The notes: a model not told the origin generated them from the letters alone. Positions 30,605 through 40,795 are shown, counted from the first letter of the stretch. The stretch: DNA of 64,000 bases from Clostridia bacterium (GCA_017504245.1 JAFVRQ010000009.1:2224-66223), one strand, 5' to 3'. Translations and numbers: made by a program.

Positions 30605-31877
30605 ATTTCAAACCTTTTCCGATGAAAAATTAAAGGAAAGATATTATTATTTAAGGCACGAAAGCGGACTTGATATCTTCGTTATTCCAAAGAAAATGAC
30701 GCTCAAAACCGCGCTTCTCGGGGTAAAATTCGGCTCGGTTTATGAGGAGGGGGCTTTGGTTGACGGTGAAATCAAGAATTTCCCCTCGGGAATTGCCCAT
30801 TTCCTTGAGCACAAGCTCTTTTCAAACGAAAACGGAGTTGACGCCATAGAAATTTTAGCCGAGCTTGGCGCGGACGGAAACGCATACACGTCAAACAATA
30901 AAACTGTTTATATGTTTTCCTGTACCGAAAACTTTGAAGATTCTCTTGCAGAGCTCATAAGGTTTGTATATAGCCCCTATTTTACAAAGAAAAACGTAAA
31001 CAGCGAACGGGGAATTATCGGGCAGGAGATTAAGATGTGTCTTGACAGCCCTTATGATGCGGTTTCTCAAAATCTTCTAATGGCACTGTTTGGAGATTGT
31101 AAGCTTTCAAACGATGTTCTCGGAACTGAAAAAAGCATAGCGAAAATTACCGATAGAACGCTTTATGAGTGTTACGAGAGCTTTTACAGATACTCAAATA
31201 TGGCACTTGTGGTCTGCGGTGATATTGACGAGAATTCTATTTTAAAAATCGTTGATGCTACCTTGCCAAAAAGGGAAGAACAGCATCCGCCGGCGCTTCC
31301 CCAAGCAAGCTATGAAAGTGCAGTTGCTTCGCCTTATATCGAGAGGATTATGCCCGTTAGTAATCCTATCTTTGAAATTGGTATCAAGGACGATTGCCCA
31401 AGCGACTCTCCGCGCGAAAGATTGAAGCGCGACGTTGCGATGACAATTCTTGACGAGATACTGTTTTCGCGTGCGGGCGAGCTTTACAACGAGCTTTTCG
31501 AGGGCGGATTTATCAACGAATCCTATTCATACGGCTATTCAATCACGCGAGACGTTGCGTTCCACTCAATTTACGGAGAGGGAGAAAATCCAACGCTCGT
31601 GCTTGAAAAAATCAAGAATTATATCAATAAAACAAAAGAAAAAGGACTCCGTGAGCGCGATTTTTTAAGGTGCAAGCGAGTTATGATGGCGGAATTTTTG
31701 CGTGATTTTGATTCCGTTGACGATATTGCAAACTCGTTGCTTAACATCTTTTTTGACGGAAGCAATATCTTTGAATACAGAAAAATCATTGAGGGCGTTA
31801 CGTTTTCGGACGTTTGTGCCTGCCTTGACAACTATTTTGATGATAAGCGCTTTGCGCTATCGGTTATAAAAAATTGA
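30594..31877 (+). CDS. ymfH: M16 zinc peptidase (YmfH-like)
   Basis: GIAHFLEHKLF, NAYTS, ERGIIGQEI. Confidence 0.88.
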   Translation: MMNKFQTFSDEKLKERYYYLRHESGLDIFVIPKKMTLKTALLGVKFGSVYEEGALVDGEIKNFPSGIAHFLEHKLFSNENGVDAIEILAELGADGNAYTSNNKTVYMFSCTENFEDSLAELIRFVYSPYFTKKNVNSERGIIGQEIKMCLDSPYDAVSQNLLMALFGDCKLSNDVLGTEKSIAKITDRTLYECYESFYRYSNMALVVCGDIDENSILKIVDATLPKREEQHPPALPQASYESAVASPYIERIMPVSNPIFEIGIKDDCPSDSPRERLKRDVAMTILDEILFSRAGELYNELFEGGFINESYSYGYSITRDVAFHSIYGEGENPTLVLEKIKNYINKTKEKGLRERDFLRCKRVMMAEFLRDFDSVDDIANSLLNIFFDGSNIFEYRKIIEGVTFSDVCACLDNYFDDKRFALSVIKN

Positions 31878-31908
31878 TTTTACTGATGTCAGTAGAATGG
31901 AGGAAATT

Positions 31909-32862
31909 ATGTTAAGAAATATTACGGTTGGTTTTCCCGGCTTGGGAATTGATAATGGAGAGGTAAACAGCGTTGCCTTTTCTATTGGTGAAAATTTTAG
32001 TGTTATGTGGTACGGTGTGGTTATCGCACTCGGTATGCTTATGGCAATTGCTTTTGCGTGCTACCGTTGTAAGCAGCACGGAATTAAGATGGACGATCTT
32101 ATTGATATTGCTATTTTTACTATTTTCTTTGGCGTTATCGGTGCGCGTCTTTATTACGTTGCCTTTAACCCCACGAATTTTAAAACTATAGGCGACGTGC
32201 TCAATCTTCGCTCCGGCGGACTTGCAATTTACGGCGGTATTATCGCGGGTGCTTTGACTATTGTTGTTGTGTGTCTTGTTAAAAAGATTAGCTGGCGTCA
32301 GCTTTTCGACTGCGCGGGCCCCGGTGTTATGCTTGCTCAGGCAATGGGACGTTGGGGTAACTTCTTTAACGGTGAGGCGTATGGCTCGATCGTTGAGGAG
32401 GGACATCCTCTTTACTTCTTGAGAATGGGTCTTATTTCACAGAATACCTATCTTGATTTTGGTACATCGCAGATGGTTTACGTTCATCCCTGCTTCCTTT
32501 ATGAATCGCTTTGGAACGTTCTTGGCTTTATTCTTATCAATCTTGTATATAAGAAGAAGAAATTTGACGGACAGAACGCGCTTTACTACATCGCTTGGTA
32601 CGGCTTTGGCAGAATGTTTATTGAGGGACTCAGAACCGACTCTCTTTATATCGGTCAAACGGGCATAAGAGTATCACAGCTTCTTGGCTTCTTGCTCTTT
32701 GCAGTTTCGACAGCGCTTCTCATTATGGGACTTATCTACGTTAAGAATCATCCCGATTCAAAGCTTGCGGCAGTTGGTGGAGTAGCACCTGTATCTGCAA
32801 ACGAAGAAGAGGAAGATGAGGAAGAATACGACGAAACCGAAGAAGATGGCGAAGATAATTGA
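31909..32862 (+). CDS. lgt: Prolipoprotein diacylglyceryl transferase
   Basis: [34 protein letters not shown]. Confidence 0.97.
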   Translation: MLRNITVGFPGLGIDNGEVNSVAFSIGENFSVMWYGVVIALGMLMAIAFACYRCKQHGIKMDDLIDIAIFTIFFGVIGARLYYVAFNPTNFKTIGDVLNLRSGGLAIYGGIIAGALTIVVVCLVKKISWRQLFDCAGPGVMLAQAMGRWGNFFNGEAYGSIVEEGHPLYFLRMGLISQNTYLDFGTSQMVYVHPCFLYESLWNVLGFILINLVYKKKKFDGQNALYYIAWYGFGRMFIEGLRTDSLYIGQTGIRVSQLLGFLLFAVSTALLIMGLIYVKNHPDSKLAAVGGVAPVSANEEEEDEEEYDETEEDGEDN

Positions 32863-33688
32863 CGGAAAGGCGATTTCCTCTGAAATAAGAGAAGAAATTG
32901 CAGAAAAGGTTAGGGAATATAACGCAAAAACGGGGAAATTGCCCGGTCTTGCGGTTGTGATAGTTGGTGAAAATCCCGCCTCGCAGGTTTACGTTCGCAA
33001 TAAGAAAAAGGCGTGCGAGCAGATTGGATTTAATTCTTGGGTATATGAAATGCCCGAGGAAACTACGCAAGAAGAACTCAATGCTCTTATTGATAAGCTC
33101 AACGATGATAGTGCGGTTCACGGAATTTTGGTTCAGTTGCCTCTGCCAAAGCATCTTGACGAGGAGCAGGTGATCTTACGCATAAAGCCCGAAAAGGACG
33201 TTGATGCGTTCCATCCAGCGAACGTTGGAAGAATTACTATCGGCAATCCCAAGTTCTTGCCCTGCACACCTGCGGGTATTATGGAGCTTCTTCATCGCTC
33301 GAATATTGAAATCTCGGGCAAGGAATGTGTGGTTATCGGTCGCTCAAATATCGTTGGTAAGCCGATGGCGCTCCTTCTTCTTGCAGAGAATGGAACAGTT
33401 ACCGTTTGCCATAGCAAAACCCACGATTTGAAAGAGGTTTGCAAGCGCGCGGACATTCTTGTGGTTGCCATTGGTAAAGCGGATTTCGTTACTGCGGATA
33501 TGGTAAAAGAGGGCGCGGTTGTTATTGACGTCGGTATGAACAGAAATGCCGAGGGCAAGCTCACGGGCGACGTTGATTTCAAGTCCGTTAGTGAGGTCGC
33601 TTCTTATATCACACCCGTTCCCGGTGGTGTTGGACCTATGACTATTACTATGCTTTTGCAAAATACACTTCGCGCGGCGGAGGAATGA
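32846..33688 (+). CDS. folD: Methylenetetrahydrofolate dehydrogenase/cyclohydrolase
   Basis: [37 protein letters not shown]. Confidence 0.98.
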   Translation: MAKIIDGKAISSEIREEIAEKVREYNAKTGKLPGLAVVIVGENPASQVYVRNKKKACEQIGFNSWVYEMPEETTQEELNALIDKLNDDSAVHGILVQLPLPKHLDEEQVILRIKPEKDVDAFHPANVGRITIGNPKFLPCTPAGIMELLHRSNIEISGKECVVIGRSNIVGKPMALLLLAENGTVTVCHSKTHDLKEVCKRADILVVAIGKADFVTADMVKEGAVVIDVGMNRNAEGKLTGDVDFKSVSEVASYITPVPGGVGPMTITMLLQNTLRAAEE

Positions 33689-33689
33689 T

Positions 33690-34277
33690 ATGAAAATTAT
33701 TGATATTTCGCAAGAGGTACTCTCTTGTAAGGTTTATGAGGGCGATCCTGCCCCCAAAGCTAACAGAATAATCAATATGGAGGACGGAGGGGTTTATAAC
33801 CTCTCCGCGCTTTCTTTATGCGCACATAACGGCACGCACGTTGATGCACCGCTTCACTTTTTCAGTGACGGAAAAAGCATTGACGAAATGTCACTTGAGC
33901 ATTTTGTTGGCGAATGCTACGTTGCGGAGCATAGCGGTGACGTTAAGGTAGCCGATGCGGGTGAAATTCTTGAAAAAGCGAGAAAATCGGGCGCGGAAAA
34001 GCGCATATTGATAAAGGGCGAAGCCACAGTTACCGAAGAAGCTGCGCGCGTTTTTGCGGATGCGGGGATTTTGCTTCTCGGTAACGAAAGTCAAAGCGTG
34101 GGACCCGAAAACGCGCCAATGCAGGTGCATAAAATATTGCTTTCAAAGGATATTGCTTTACTTGAGGGAATTGTACTTGACAAAGTGAAAGAGGGAAGAT
34201 ATATTCTGAATTGCGCGCCCCTCAATGTCAAGGGCTTCGAGGGTTCACCGTGTAGAGCGATTTTGATTGGGGAATAA
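33690..34277 (+). CDS. Cyclase family (kynurenine formamidase-like) metal hydrolase
   Basis: HNGTHVDAPLHF, EGSPCRA. Confidence 0.9.
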   Translation: MKIIDISQEVLSCKVYEGDPAPKANRIINMEDGGVYNLSALSLCAHNGTHVDAPLHFFSDGKSIDEMSLEHFVGECYVAEHSGDVKVADAGEILEKARKSGAEKRILIKGEATVTEEAARVFADAGILLLGNESQSVGPENAPMQVHKILLSKDIALLEGIVLDKVKEGRYILNCAPLNVKGFEGSPCRAILIGE

Positions 34278-34301
34278 AGCACGAATTCGTGCGCCAGCCA
34301 A

Positions 34302-34497
34302 TTAATTGGGACTTAGCGGGGAGAAGATTGTTGAAGCAAATACCCTCTCCGTCAACCTTTGGTTGCCACCTCTCCCTGAGTGAGAGGCTTTGATTTGTAA
34401 GCGTTCGCTTGTAAAAAGGCTCGCCCTTGGGGAGAGCTCCGCGTTAGCGGTGAGAGGGGTATTAACATAAACTAACATCCCGATAAATCAAAATTTA
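34302..34497. mobile_element. 196-bp non-coding element with imperfect terminal inverted repeats enclosing a REP-like palindrome pair
   Basis: Left end ttaattgggacttagcgggg; right end reverse complement taaattttgatttatcggga; internal taccctctc...gagaggggta closure. Confidence 0.6.
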
Positions 34498-34520
34498 TAA
34501 CAAAAATTTTCAAAAACCTC

Positions 34521-34551
34521 TTGACAATTTCGGTCGGGGGGGAGGTATAAT
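34521..34551 (+). promoter_or_regulatory. sigmaA-type promoter with a G7 tract in a 19-bp spacer
   Basis: TTGACA atttcggtcGGGGGGGagg TATAAT. Confidence 0.7.
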
Positions 34552-34680
34552 CTTTTTAGAGATACTATGCCCAAATTGATATATTTATTAAAATTTTCAA
34601 ACTTTTTTGCAAAAATTATTACACTTTTTTAAAAAAATCTTGACTATATAAGTGAAGACATTTATGAAAGGAGAATTTTT

Positions 34681-35424
34681 ATGAAAAAAGTACTATTGTT
34701 GGCATTGGCATTGATTTTATCTCTAACCTGCCTTGCTTCGTGCAGTATGTCGCCTAAAATTTCACGGTTTATTCCCGATGAAAAAATAATATGTGTTGAG
34801 ATTCAAACTATGAATTATGAAACTGGAATAGAAGATATTACTGAAAAATATACCTTGACCGATGAACAAAGCGACGAAATAATATCGTTATTGAAAGAGA
34901 TAACCTATGTAAAAAGGTATAACTTGCTCAAAGAAAAGTGGACGCACTTTAATGATGTGAAATATATTTTTACGTTTGAAACTCAAAAAATAGCGTTAAG
35001 TGAAAATCATATTGTTATTTATGATGCTAACAATGTATTAACAAAGCACGTGGAGTTTAATTCTTCAACCTTTGCCGATTATTTTGAACGGATCAACGGT
35101 ATATTGTCTGATATCTATCCCGGATTGCCCGATATCAGCGAAGATCCGATGAAAGGCATTGAGATTTACTGTTGGCAGGACGGCGGTGAATGGAAATGCG
35201 GCGGCACGGTAGGAACGAACAGACAAAAGTTTGATGATGAAATACGCGCCTTGCAGGTTGTTACAATTCCTCAAATGAAAAGAATTCTCGAACAAAAAGG
35301 ACTTACCGATTGCTTCTGCGTCATACTCGTTGACCTTTCGGGCGACGAGGTTGTATATCTTGACGTCGAGGAAAATCTTACGCAAATTGCAACGCTTGAA
35401 TTGCAGTTAGGCAGATCAGAGTAA
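34681..35424 (+). CDS. Lipoprotein, unknown function
   Basis: MKK-hydrophobic-LASC lipobox; AAGGAG RBS. Confidence 0.85.
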   Translation: MKKVLLLALALILSLTCLASCSMSPKISRFIPDEKIICVEIQTMNYETGIEDITEKYTLTDEQSDEIISLLKEITYVKRYNLLKEKWTHFNDVKYIFTFETQKIALSENHIVIYDANNVLTKHVEFNSSTFADYFERINGILSDIYPGLPDISEDPMKGIEIYCWQDGGEWKCGGTVGTNRQKFDDEIRALQVVTIPQMKRILEQKGLTDCFCVILVDLSGDEVVYLDVEENLTQIATLELQLGRSE

Positions 35425-35439
35425 AAGGAGGCAACGCAA

Positions 35440-35847
35440 ATGAGAAAGTTATTAGCTTTATGCTTGACGGTTATATTATTAATATCCTTATTAACCTCTT
35501 GTAGCATCAACAAGTATAAACCCGTTGCCATAAAATATCAAAATTCCGATTTCGCAGCGTGTGCCGAAATCTTTTTGGTTAATCTGCTTAACAATAGTAA
35601 ATGGCATAATGACGTTGCAAAATGCGAGTGTGATTATACCATAATTATGAGAAATGATAGGGAGATTTTTTACCATAGCGAAAGCGGAACGTTTATAGAT
35701 TATGATTTTAATAAATCTTTGACGGTCAGTGAAGAGGATAGAGTTAAGCTTAACGATTGTTTTGTTAATGCTATTTGTGAAAGTGAAGTTCACTTTTTTG
35801 ATGAAAACCACAGATGTTCCGCTTGCGGATATGAATTATCAAAGTAA
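35440..35847 (+). CDS. Lipoprotein with C-terminal His/Cys motif
   Basis: LTSC lipobox; HFFDENHRCSACGY. Confidence 0.85.
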   Translation: MRKLLALCLTVILLISLLTSCSINKYKPVAIKYQNSDFAACAEIFLVNLLNNSKWHNDVAKCECDYTIIMRNDREIFYHSESGTFIDYDFNKSLTVSEEDRVKLNDCFVNAICESEVHFFDENHRCSACGYELSK

Positions 35848-35862
35848 AAGGAGGTAAATACA

Positions 35863-37038
35863 ATGAAAAAGTTAGCTTTATGTTTGACGGTTATTTTGTG
35901 CTTATGCTGCCTTGCATCTTGCAAGCTGCTCCATTCCACACTCAATATTGGAGAGCATACCTATGAGTATATCCAATATGAAACGGGTCACTTTAAGCAG
36001 TACACCTGCGGTTGTCCGTCACCCGATATTATGGGCTTGCACCTTGATACCGACGATAACGGCACTTGTGACGTTTGTGGGTATGCTATGAAAATTGGCG
36101 GTGCTTTTGAATTCGAGTACGTCGCAACTGAAGAAGGACATTGTGAGCACAAGGTGGGTTCTACCTGCGACGGAACTTGTATAAAAAGTCCTCACGAAGA
36201 TAATAATAACGATTTTCAGTGTGATTATTGTAAATATTTATTAGATACATCAGGGGTTGCCCAAATCGTGCTTGATTACGAGCAATCGTTAAGAGATGAG
36301 CTTGACAGATTACACGCAGAGCATCCCGAGTTTAATTATTACTATCATCCAGTGGATGATGTTTATTGTTATTTTGTTTTAGATAGTGAAGCATCTGCAG
36401 ATGCTATCATTGAAAAATACGATATGGAAAATTTTTTCGCAAGTGCTAACGTTTCTGCCTTGAATTCTTTAAAAATGGTTGGCGTTGCCTTTGATAGAGA
36501 TGAGTTTACTGAAGAAATCCACCAAAAGATTAAGCAGATAAGCGAGAATGAAGAACTTATTGAAAGCTTATCTATTGATATGTATAGCGATTGGCATCAA
36601 AGCTATATGCCAAGAATTGAGTATTATACTGATGATGCAAGTGTCTTAGAATATGAAAGGGCTCCGTATGTACTTGCTTTTGAAAACGCAAGGGATATTA
36701 TCATTAAAAGTAAGGCGGAGTACGATGCTTATCTCGACGAGTTATTAGAAACTGCAGAATCTGATTATCAAAAAGAGAAAATAAATTCCGCAAAAGACAT
36801 ATATGACGAGTCATTTTTTGAAGAAAATGCGTTGATATTGACACGAATGGTGGTTCGAGGCTCTGGTTCAATTCAGTTAACGGTGAATAATCTCTATATT
36901 TCGGATAATAAGATTTATGTAGTGATAAGAACCGATGAACCGACTTGGGGTACGTGCGATATGCAGTTTGCCTTTTTTGCCTTTGCGGTTGATAAATACG
37001 ATGTTGTTAACGTAAACGAGGTTATTACTTTAGAATAA
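35863..37038 (+). CDS. Lipoprotein with His/Cys-rich repeats
   Basis: LASC lipobox; HLDTDDNGTCDVCGY and HEDNNNDFQCDYCKY. Confidence 0.85.
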   Translation: MKKLALCLTVILCLCCLASCKLLHSTLNIGEHTYEYIQYETGHFKQYTCGCPSPDIMGLHLDTDDNGTCDVCGYAMKIGGAFEFEYVATEEGHCEHKVGSTCDGTCIKSPHEDNNNDFQCDYCKYLLDTSGVAQIVLDYEQSLRDELDRLHAEHPEFNYYYHPVDDVYCYFVLDSEASADAIIEKYDMENFFASANVSALNSLKMVGVAFDRDEFTEEIHQKIKQISENEELIESLSIDMYSDWHQSYMPRIEYYTDDASVLEYERAPYVLAFENARDIIIKSKAEYDAYLDELLETAESDYQKEKINSAKDIYDESFFEENALILTRMVVRGSGSIQLTVNNLYISDNKIYVVIRTDEPTWGTCDMQFAFFAFAVDKYDVVNVNEVITLE

Positions 37039-37053
37039 AGGGAGGATGACAGT

Positions 37054-38598
37054 ATGAAAAAACTATTGTTTTTGTTGCTTACCTTTGTTATTGTTCTTTC
37101 TTTAGCTTCGTGTGATTTAAGTTTGAAGCACGAACATATTCAAGATGAAAAATGGTCGTTTAACTCGGAAATACATTGGAAAGACGTAACTTGCACTTGG
37201 AATATGTGCAAATTTGATATTGTTACTTATGAACATATTGATGAAGATAATGACTTGTTTTGTGATGTTTGTGGATATGAAATGTCTATCAATACAGAAG
37301 CGTGTAATCATCAATGGGATGATGGCGTAGAAGTTGAAAGCGAAGTGGGCGGATACGTTATGGAATATACCTGTTCTCTATGCGGAAGCAAACGTAGAGA
37401 AACCATTACTATTCCACCCGAAGAAAACCACTTTTTACGTAATCAGGCGGGCTGTGAATGGCTTCGTAAAATAAGTGCTGAGGATATTGCGGAAGTCAAG
37501 ATAATAAATGAGTATGTTGGTGTTGCTCCGGGAAATCTTAAAAATATTGAAAGCTCTAAAAATGAAGCTATAATCGAAAGAATTTTTGAAGAATGTTATT
37601 TGTGTGAGGTTTTGTCAATTCCGGCAGATAAAGGTCAGCTTGACGGCGGTGGTGCGGTTACCGTAAAGTTCATCTTGAAGGACGGAACGGCAAAAAAGCT
37701 ATATATCAACAACGGAAATTACTGTGATTCCGAGGGTAACTACTTTGAGTTGCTTTACAGACCCCAATTTGAAGAAAACGATAAAACAAGAGAGTCTTAT
37801 GGATTTATAACCTACATAGGAACAGGAACGGTTTACGACGGTGACAATAATTTAGTTTGCGAGCTTTCCGTTGACGAGCTTGAATTTGAATATGACGTGG
37901 ATTTGGAGTTGCCGCCCGATCTTGAGCCATATAACTACGTGTTGAAAACGGAATTTGGCGACCTTCTGTTTATCACCCCCGACATATTTTATATGGAAAC
38001 GAAAGGGGCGTGTGTTCTCGTTGGCAAAAATCTTAACGAATTGATTGCTGATGCTACAGCTATCGAGTACTCCGTAACGATGAATGACGAGGAGTGGCTT
38101 TATGAGGATTTGCAATCTACATATAAATCAGGTGAGATGGTAAGTGTAAAAATCAAAATGGCACTTGATATGGGCTACTTGTTCCTTGTTAACGGTGAGA
38201 ATATAGCTACCTGCAGTGACGTTGACGGACTTTATTGGGTATTTACTTTCACAATGCCACAAAGCGACGTTGTGATTGATTTCAAAACCTACGACGGATT
38301 TTTGCCCGATGCAAATTATTCCGTTTTGATAGAAGAATATTGGATGAAGCACCTTGATGCGCCTTGGGTTTCCATTAGATTTTACTATGGAGAATTTGCA
38401 AGCGGTGCCATAGTTGCTATGATTGATGCAGGCGGCTATACCGATGTTGAGTGGGAGGAAGTAGTTGGAGGATATACCTTTGAATACAGTGACAGTAATA
38501 GAATAACCGTTCTTTATGAAGGTGAGTTTTATACCTTAGAGGAAGCGTATATGAATGGTTATCTTACAAATGACGATTTAGCGAAGATTGCTGAATAA
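37054..38598 (+). CDS. Multidomain lipoprotein with His/Cys-rich repeats
   Basis: LASC lipobox; HIDEDNDLFCDVCGY and HQWDDG...CSLCG. Confidence 0.85.
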   Translation: MKKLLFLLLTFVIVLSLASCDLSLKHEHIQDEKWSFNSEIHWKDVTCTWNMCKFDIVTYEHIDEDNDLFCDVCGYEMSINTEACNHQWDDGVEVESEVGGYVMEYTCSLCGSKRRETITIPPEENHFLRNQAGCEWLRKISAEDIAEVKIINEYVGVAPGNLKNIESSKNEAIIERIFEECYLCEVLSIPADKGQLDGGGAVTVKFILKDGTAKKLYINNGNYCDSEGNYFELLYRPQFEENDKTRESYGFITYIGTGTVYDGDNNLVCELSVDELEFEYDVDLELPPDLEPYNYVLKTEFGDLLFITPDIFYMETKGACVLVGKNLNELIADATAIEYSVTMNDEEWLYEDLQSTYKSGEMVSVKIKMALDMGYLFLVNGENIATCSDVDGLYWVFTFTMPQSDVVIDFKTYDGFLPDANYSVLIEEYWMKHLDAPWVSIRFYYGEFASGAIVAMIDAGGYTDVEWEEVVGGYTFEYSDSNRITVLYEGEFYTLEEAYMNGYLTNDDLAKIAE

Positions 38599-38616
38599 AT
38601 AATATTAAGAAAACAG

Positions 38617-38642
38617 AAAGCGAGCCGTGTGGCTCGCTTTTT
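38617..38642. terminator. Bidirectional terminator
   Basis: aaagcgagcc-gtgt-ggctcgcttt. Confidence 0.8.
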
Positions 38643-38646
38643 GCGT

Positions 38647-38820
38647 TTAGATTTGTTTATGAACCGATTTATATTCATCATAAAACTTATAATAGGGACA
38701 TTGCTTGCCCTTGCTCTGCGAGAAGCGAACGTATTCGTCCTCGTCAAGATTTATCGTGCAAACGTTGTCCTCGTATTCCTCATCGTAGTCAAAATATACA
38801 CAGCTTTCGCAAAGAGTCAT
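38647..38820 (-). CDS. Small Cys-containing protein (DUF6472-like)
   Basis: CESCVYFDYDEE...C..NLDEDE...CPYY..YDEYK.V.KQI; AAGGAG RBS. Confidence 0.75.
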   Translation of the reverse strand: MTLCESCVYFDYDEEYEDNVCTINLDEDEYVRFSQSKGKQCPYYKFYDEYKSVHKQI

Positions 38821-38896
38821 AGCAAAATCTCCTTTCATTTTGTTTGTGATGCTATTATAACATAAAAATTCGAAATGTGCAAGAATTATTTAAGGA

Positions 38897-39393
38897 TAAA
38901 TTGGGATTTAGCGGGGAGTTGGAAAAGTTAGTTTAAATTAGGATCGCCTACGCGGCGGGCGGTCACTTTTTTGAAAAAAAGTAACCAAAAAACTTTTATC
39001 GCTTGGTGTGTGCAGATTTGACGTAAATTTTCGATAATTTGTTTTTGAACAAATTATCGGTTTTGAAAGTCCAACACCGCCCTTATGTACAAGTACAACG
39101 GTCGGCATTGGACTTTCAAAACTACGAAAACCACTATTAACATAGTGATTTTCTAAAATTTACTTCGCTAAACTATAGCCGTTTGATAACGAAATGGCTT
39201 CGTTGGATAGTAGCAAATTGGATTTTTCGAGGTGCCTGCCAACACCGAGAAAAATCATTAGTGTCAACTCGTTGACACAATTTGCGCGGCTTTAATTTAT
39301 TCCCGCGTTTAAAAAGTTTTTGGTTCTTTTTTCAAAAAGAACGAAAAAATCCTAATTTCAACTGACTTTAACTCCCAGACAAATCCAAATTCG
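38897..39393. mobile_element. 497-bp non-coding, multi-branched palindromic element with ~45-bp imperfect terminal inverted repeats (MITE-like element or structured RNA)
   Basis: Left taaattgggatttagcggggagtt..aaaagttagtttaaattaggat pairs with right atcctaatttcaactgactttaactcccagacaaatccaaattcg; at least 8 internal stems. Confidence 0.7.
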
Positions 39394-39430
39394 ATTTTCC
39401 AACTTCCAAGCAAAAACTTCGCGCGATTTA

Positions 39431-39459
39431 TTGACATCGCGGTAAATGTATGATATAAT
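39431..39459 (+). promoter_or_regulatory. sigmaA promoter of metY-metA
   Basis: TTGACA-17 bp-TATAAT with extended TG. Confidence 0.8.
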
Positions 39460-39501
39460 TCAATGTTAGTAAATTATTTATTTATATAGAGAGGTATCAC
39501 A

Positions 39502-40776
39502 ATGAAAAACAAAAAGCTTGATACTATTTGCGTGCAGGGGGCGTATTCCCCCAAGAGCGGCGAGGCGCGAGTTTGCCCCGTTGTTAAAAGCACGACGTTT
39601 TATTACGAAAAGGCGCAGCCGATGGCAGACCTTTTCGACCTTAAATCTGACGGATATTTCTATTCAAGAATAGGCAATCCCACGGTGAACGCGTTTGAGG
39701 AAAAGCTCTTAATGCTCGACGGCGGCACGGGTGCTATTGCGTGCGCTTCGGGTATGAGTGCGACTATGCTTGCGGTTCTCAACGTTTGCAACGCGGGGGA
39801 TAACATCGTTTCAGCATCTGCGGTTTACGGCGGAACATACAATCTTTTCTCCGTAACGCTCAAAAAATACGGCATCGAAACGAGATTTTTCGACCCCGAT
39901 GACACGGCAGAGAACATAGAAAAGCTCATTGACGAGCATACGAAGGTTATTTTTGCGGAAACGGTTGCAAATCCCACCATCGTTGTGCTTGATTTCGATA
40001 AAATTGCAGGAATTGCAAAGAAGCACGGCATACTCTTTATGGTGGATAACACGCTCGTTACTCCCGTTTTGTGCAAGCCAAAGGATTTTGGCGCAAACGT
40101 GGTGCTTTATTCCTCGTCAAAGTATCTTGACGGCCACGCGGTAGCACTTGGCGGTGCAATTGTGGATTGCGGTAACTTTGATTTTGCTTCGAGCAACCGT
40201 TATCCCGAATTCAACACCCCCGACGATAGCTATCACGGACTTGTTTATTCCACCTTGGGCGAAAAGGCGTTTGGAACGAAATGCCGCGTTCAGATGATGC
40301 GCGACCTCGGTGCAATTATGAGTCCCGAAAACGCATTCCTCACAAATCTCGGTATGGAAACCCTCGCGCTTCGTATGGAAAGACATTCTTATAACGCCTC
40401 TCGCGTTGCTGAATTTCTTGCAAATCACGAGAAGGTTGAGTGGGTAAAATACGGCTCGCTTGAAAGCGACCCATATCACGCGCTCGCAAAGAAATATATG
40501 CCGGGCGGACAGGGTGGTATGCTCAGCTTTGGCGTTAAGGGTGGCTCTGATGCCGCAACCGTTGTTATGGAGGGAATGAAGATGATCGCCATCGTTACAC
40601 ACGTTGCCGACGTTCGCTCCTGCGTGCTTCATCCTGCGTCAACCACACACCGTCAGCTCTCAAAGGCAGACCTTGAAAATATCGGTATTGCCGATAATCT
40701 TATTCGTCTTTCGGTTGGTATTGAAAACGTTGACGATATAATTGCCGACCTTGATGGGGCGCTTTCACAAATTTAA
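39502..40776 (+). CDS. metY: O-acetylhomoserine aminocarboxypropyltransferase (sulfhydrylase)
   Basis: YSRIGNPT, ASGMSA, YGGTY, DNT, SSSKYL.GH (PLP lysine), HPASTTHRQL; adjacent to metA. Confidence 0.9.
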   Translation: MKNKKLDTICVQGAYSPKSGEARVCPVVKSTTFYYEKAQPMADLFDLKSDGYFYSRIGNPTVNAFEEKLLMLDGGTGAIACASGMSATMLAVLNVCNAGDNIVSASAVYGGTYNLFSVTLKKYGIETRFFDPDDTAENIEKLIDEHTKVIFAETVANPTIVVLDFDKIAGIAKKHGILFMVDNTLVTPVLCKPKDFGANVVLYSSSKYLDGHAVALGGAIVDCGNFDFASSNRYPEFNTPDDSYHGLVYSTLGEKAFGTKCRVQMMRDLGAIMSPENAFLTNLGMETLALRMERHSYNASRVAEFLANHEKVEWVKYGSLESDPYHALAKKYMPGGQGGMLSFGVKGGSDAATVVMEGMKMIAIVTHVADVRSCVLHPASTTHRQLSKADLENIGIADNLIRLSVGIENVDDIIADLDGALSQI

Positions 40777-40795
40777 TTGATAAAGGAAAATAAAA

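Noticed and set aside
34620-34655. ECF sigma promoter (acac...gactatata)
   Set aside because: Plausible pattern, but no cognate sigma factor in the window and no firm consensus to test against.
33660-39430. Direct-repeat att pair between the folD 3' end and 39415 (cttcgcgcg)
   Set aside because: Only ~10 bp match, which is expected by chance.
38897-39501. SAM riboswitch or Met T-box for metY-metA
   Set aside because: No S-box or T-box consensus, and a consensus promoter lies downstream of the structure, only ~40 nt before the ATG.
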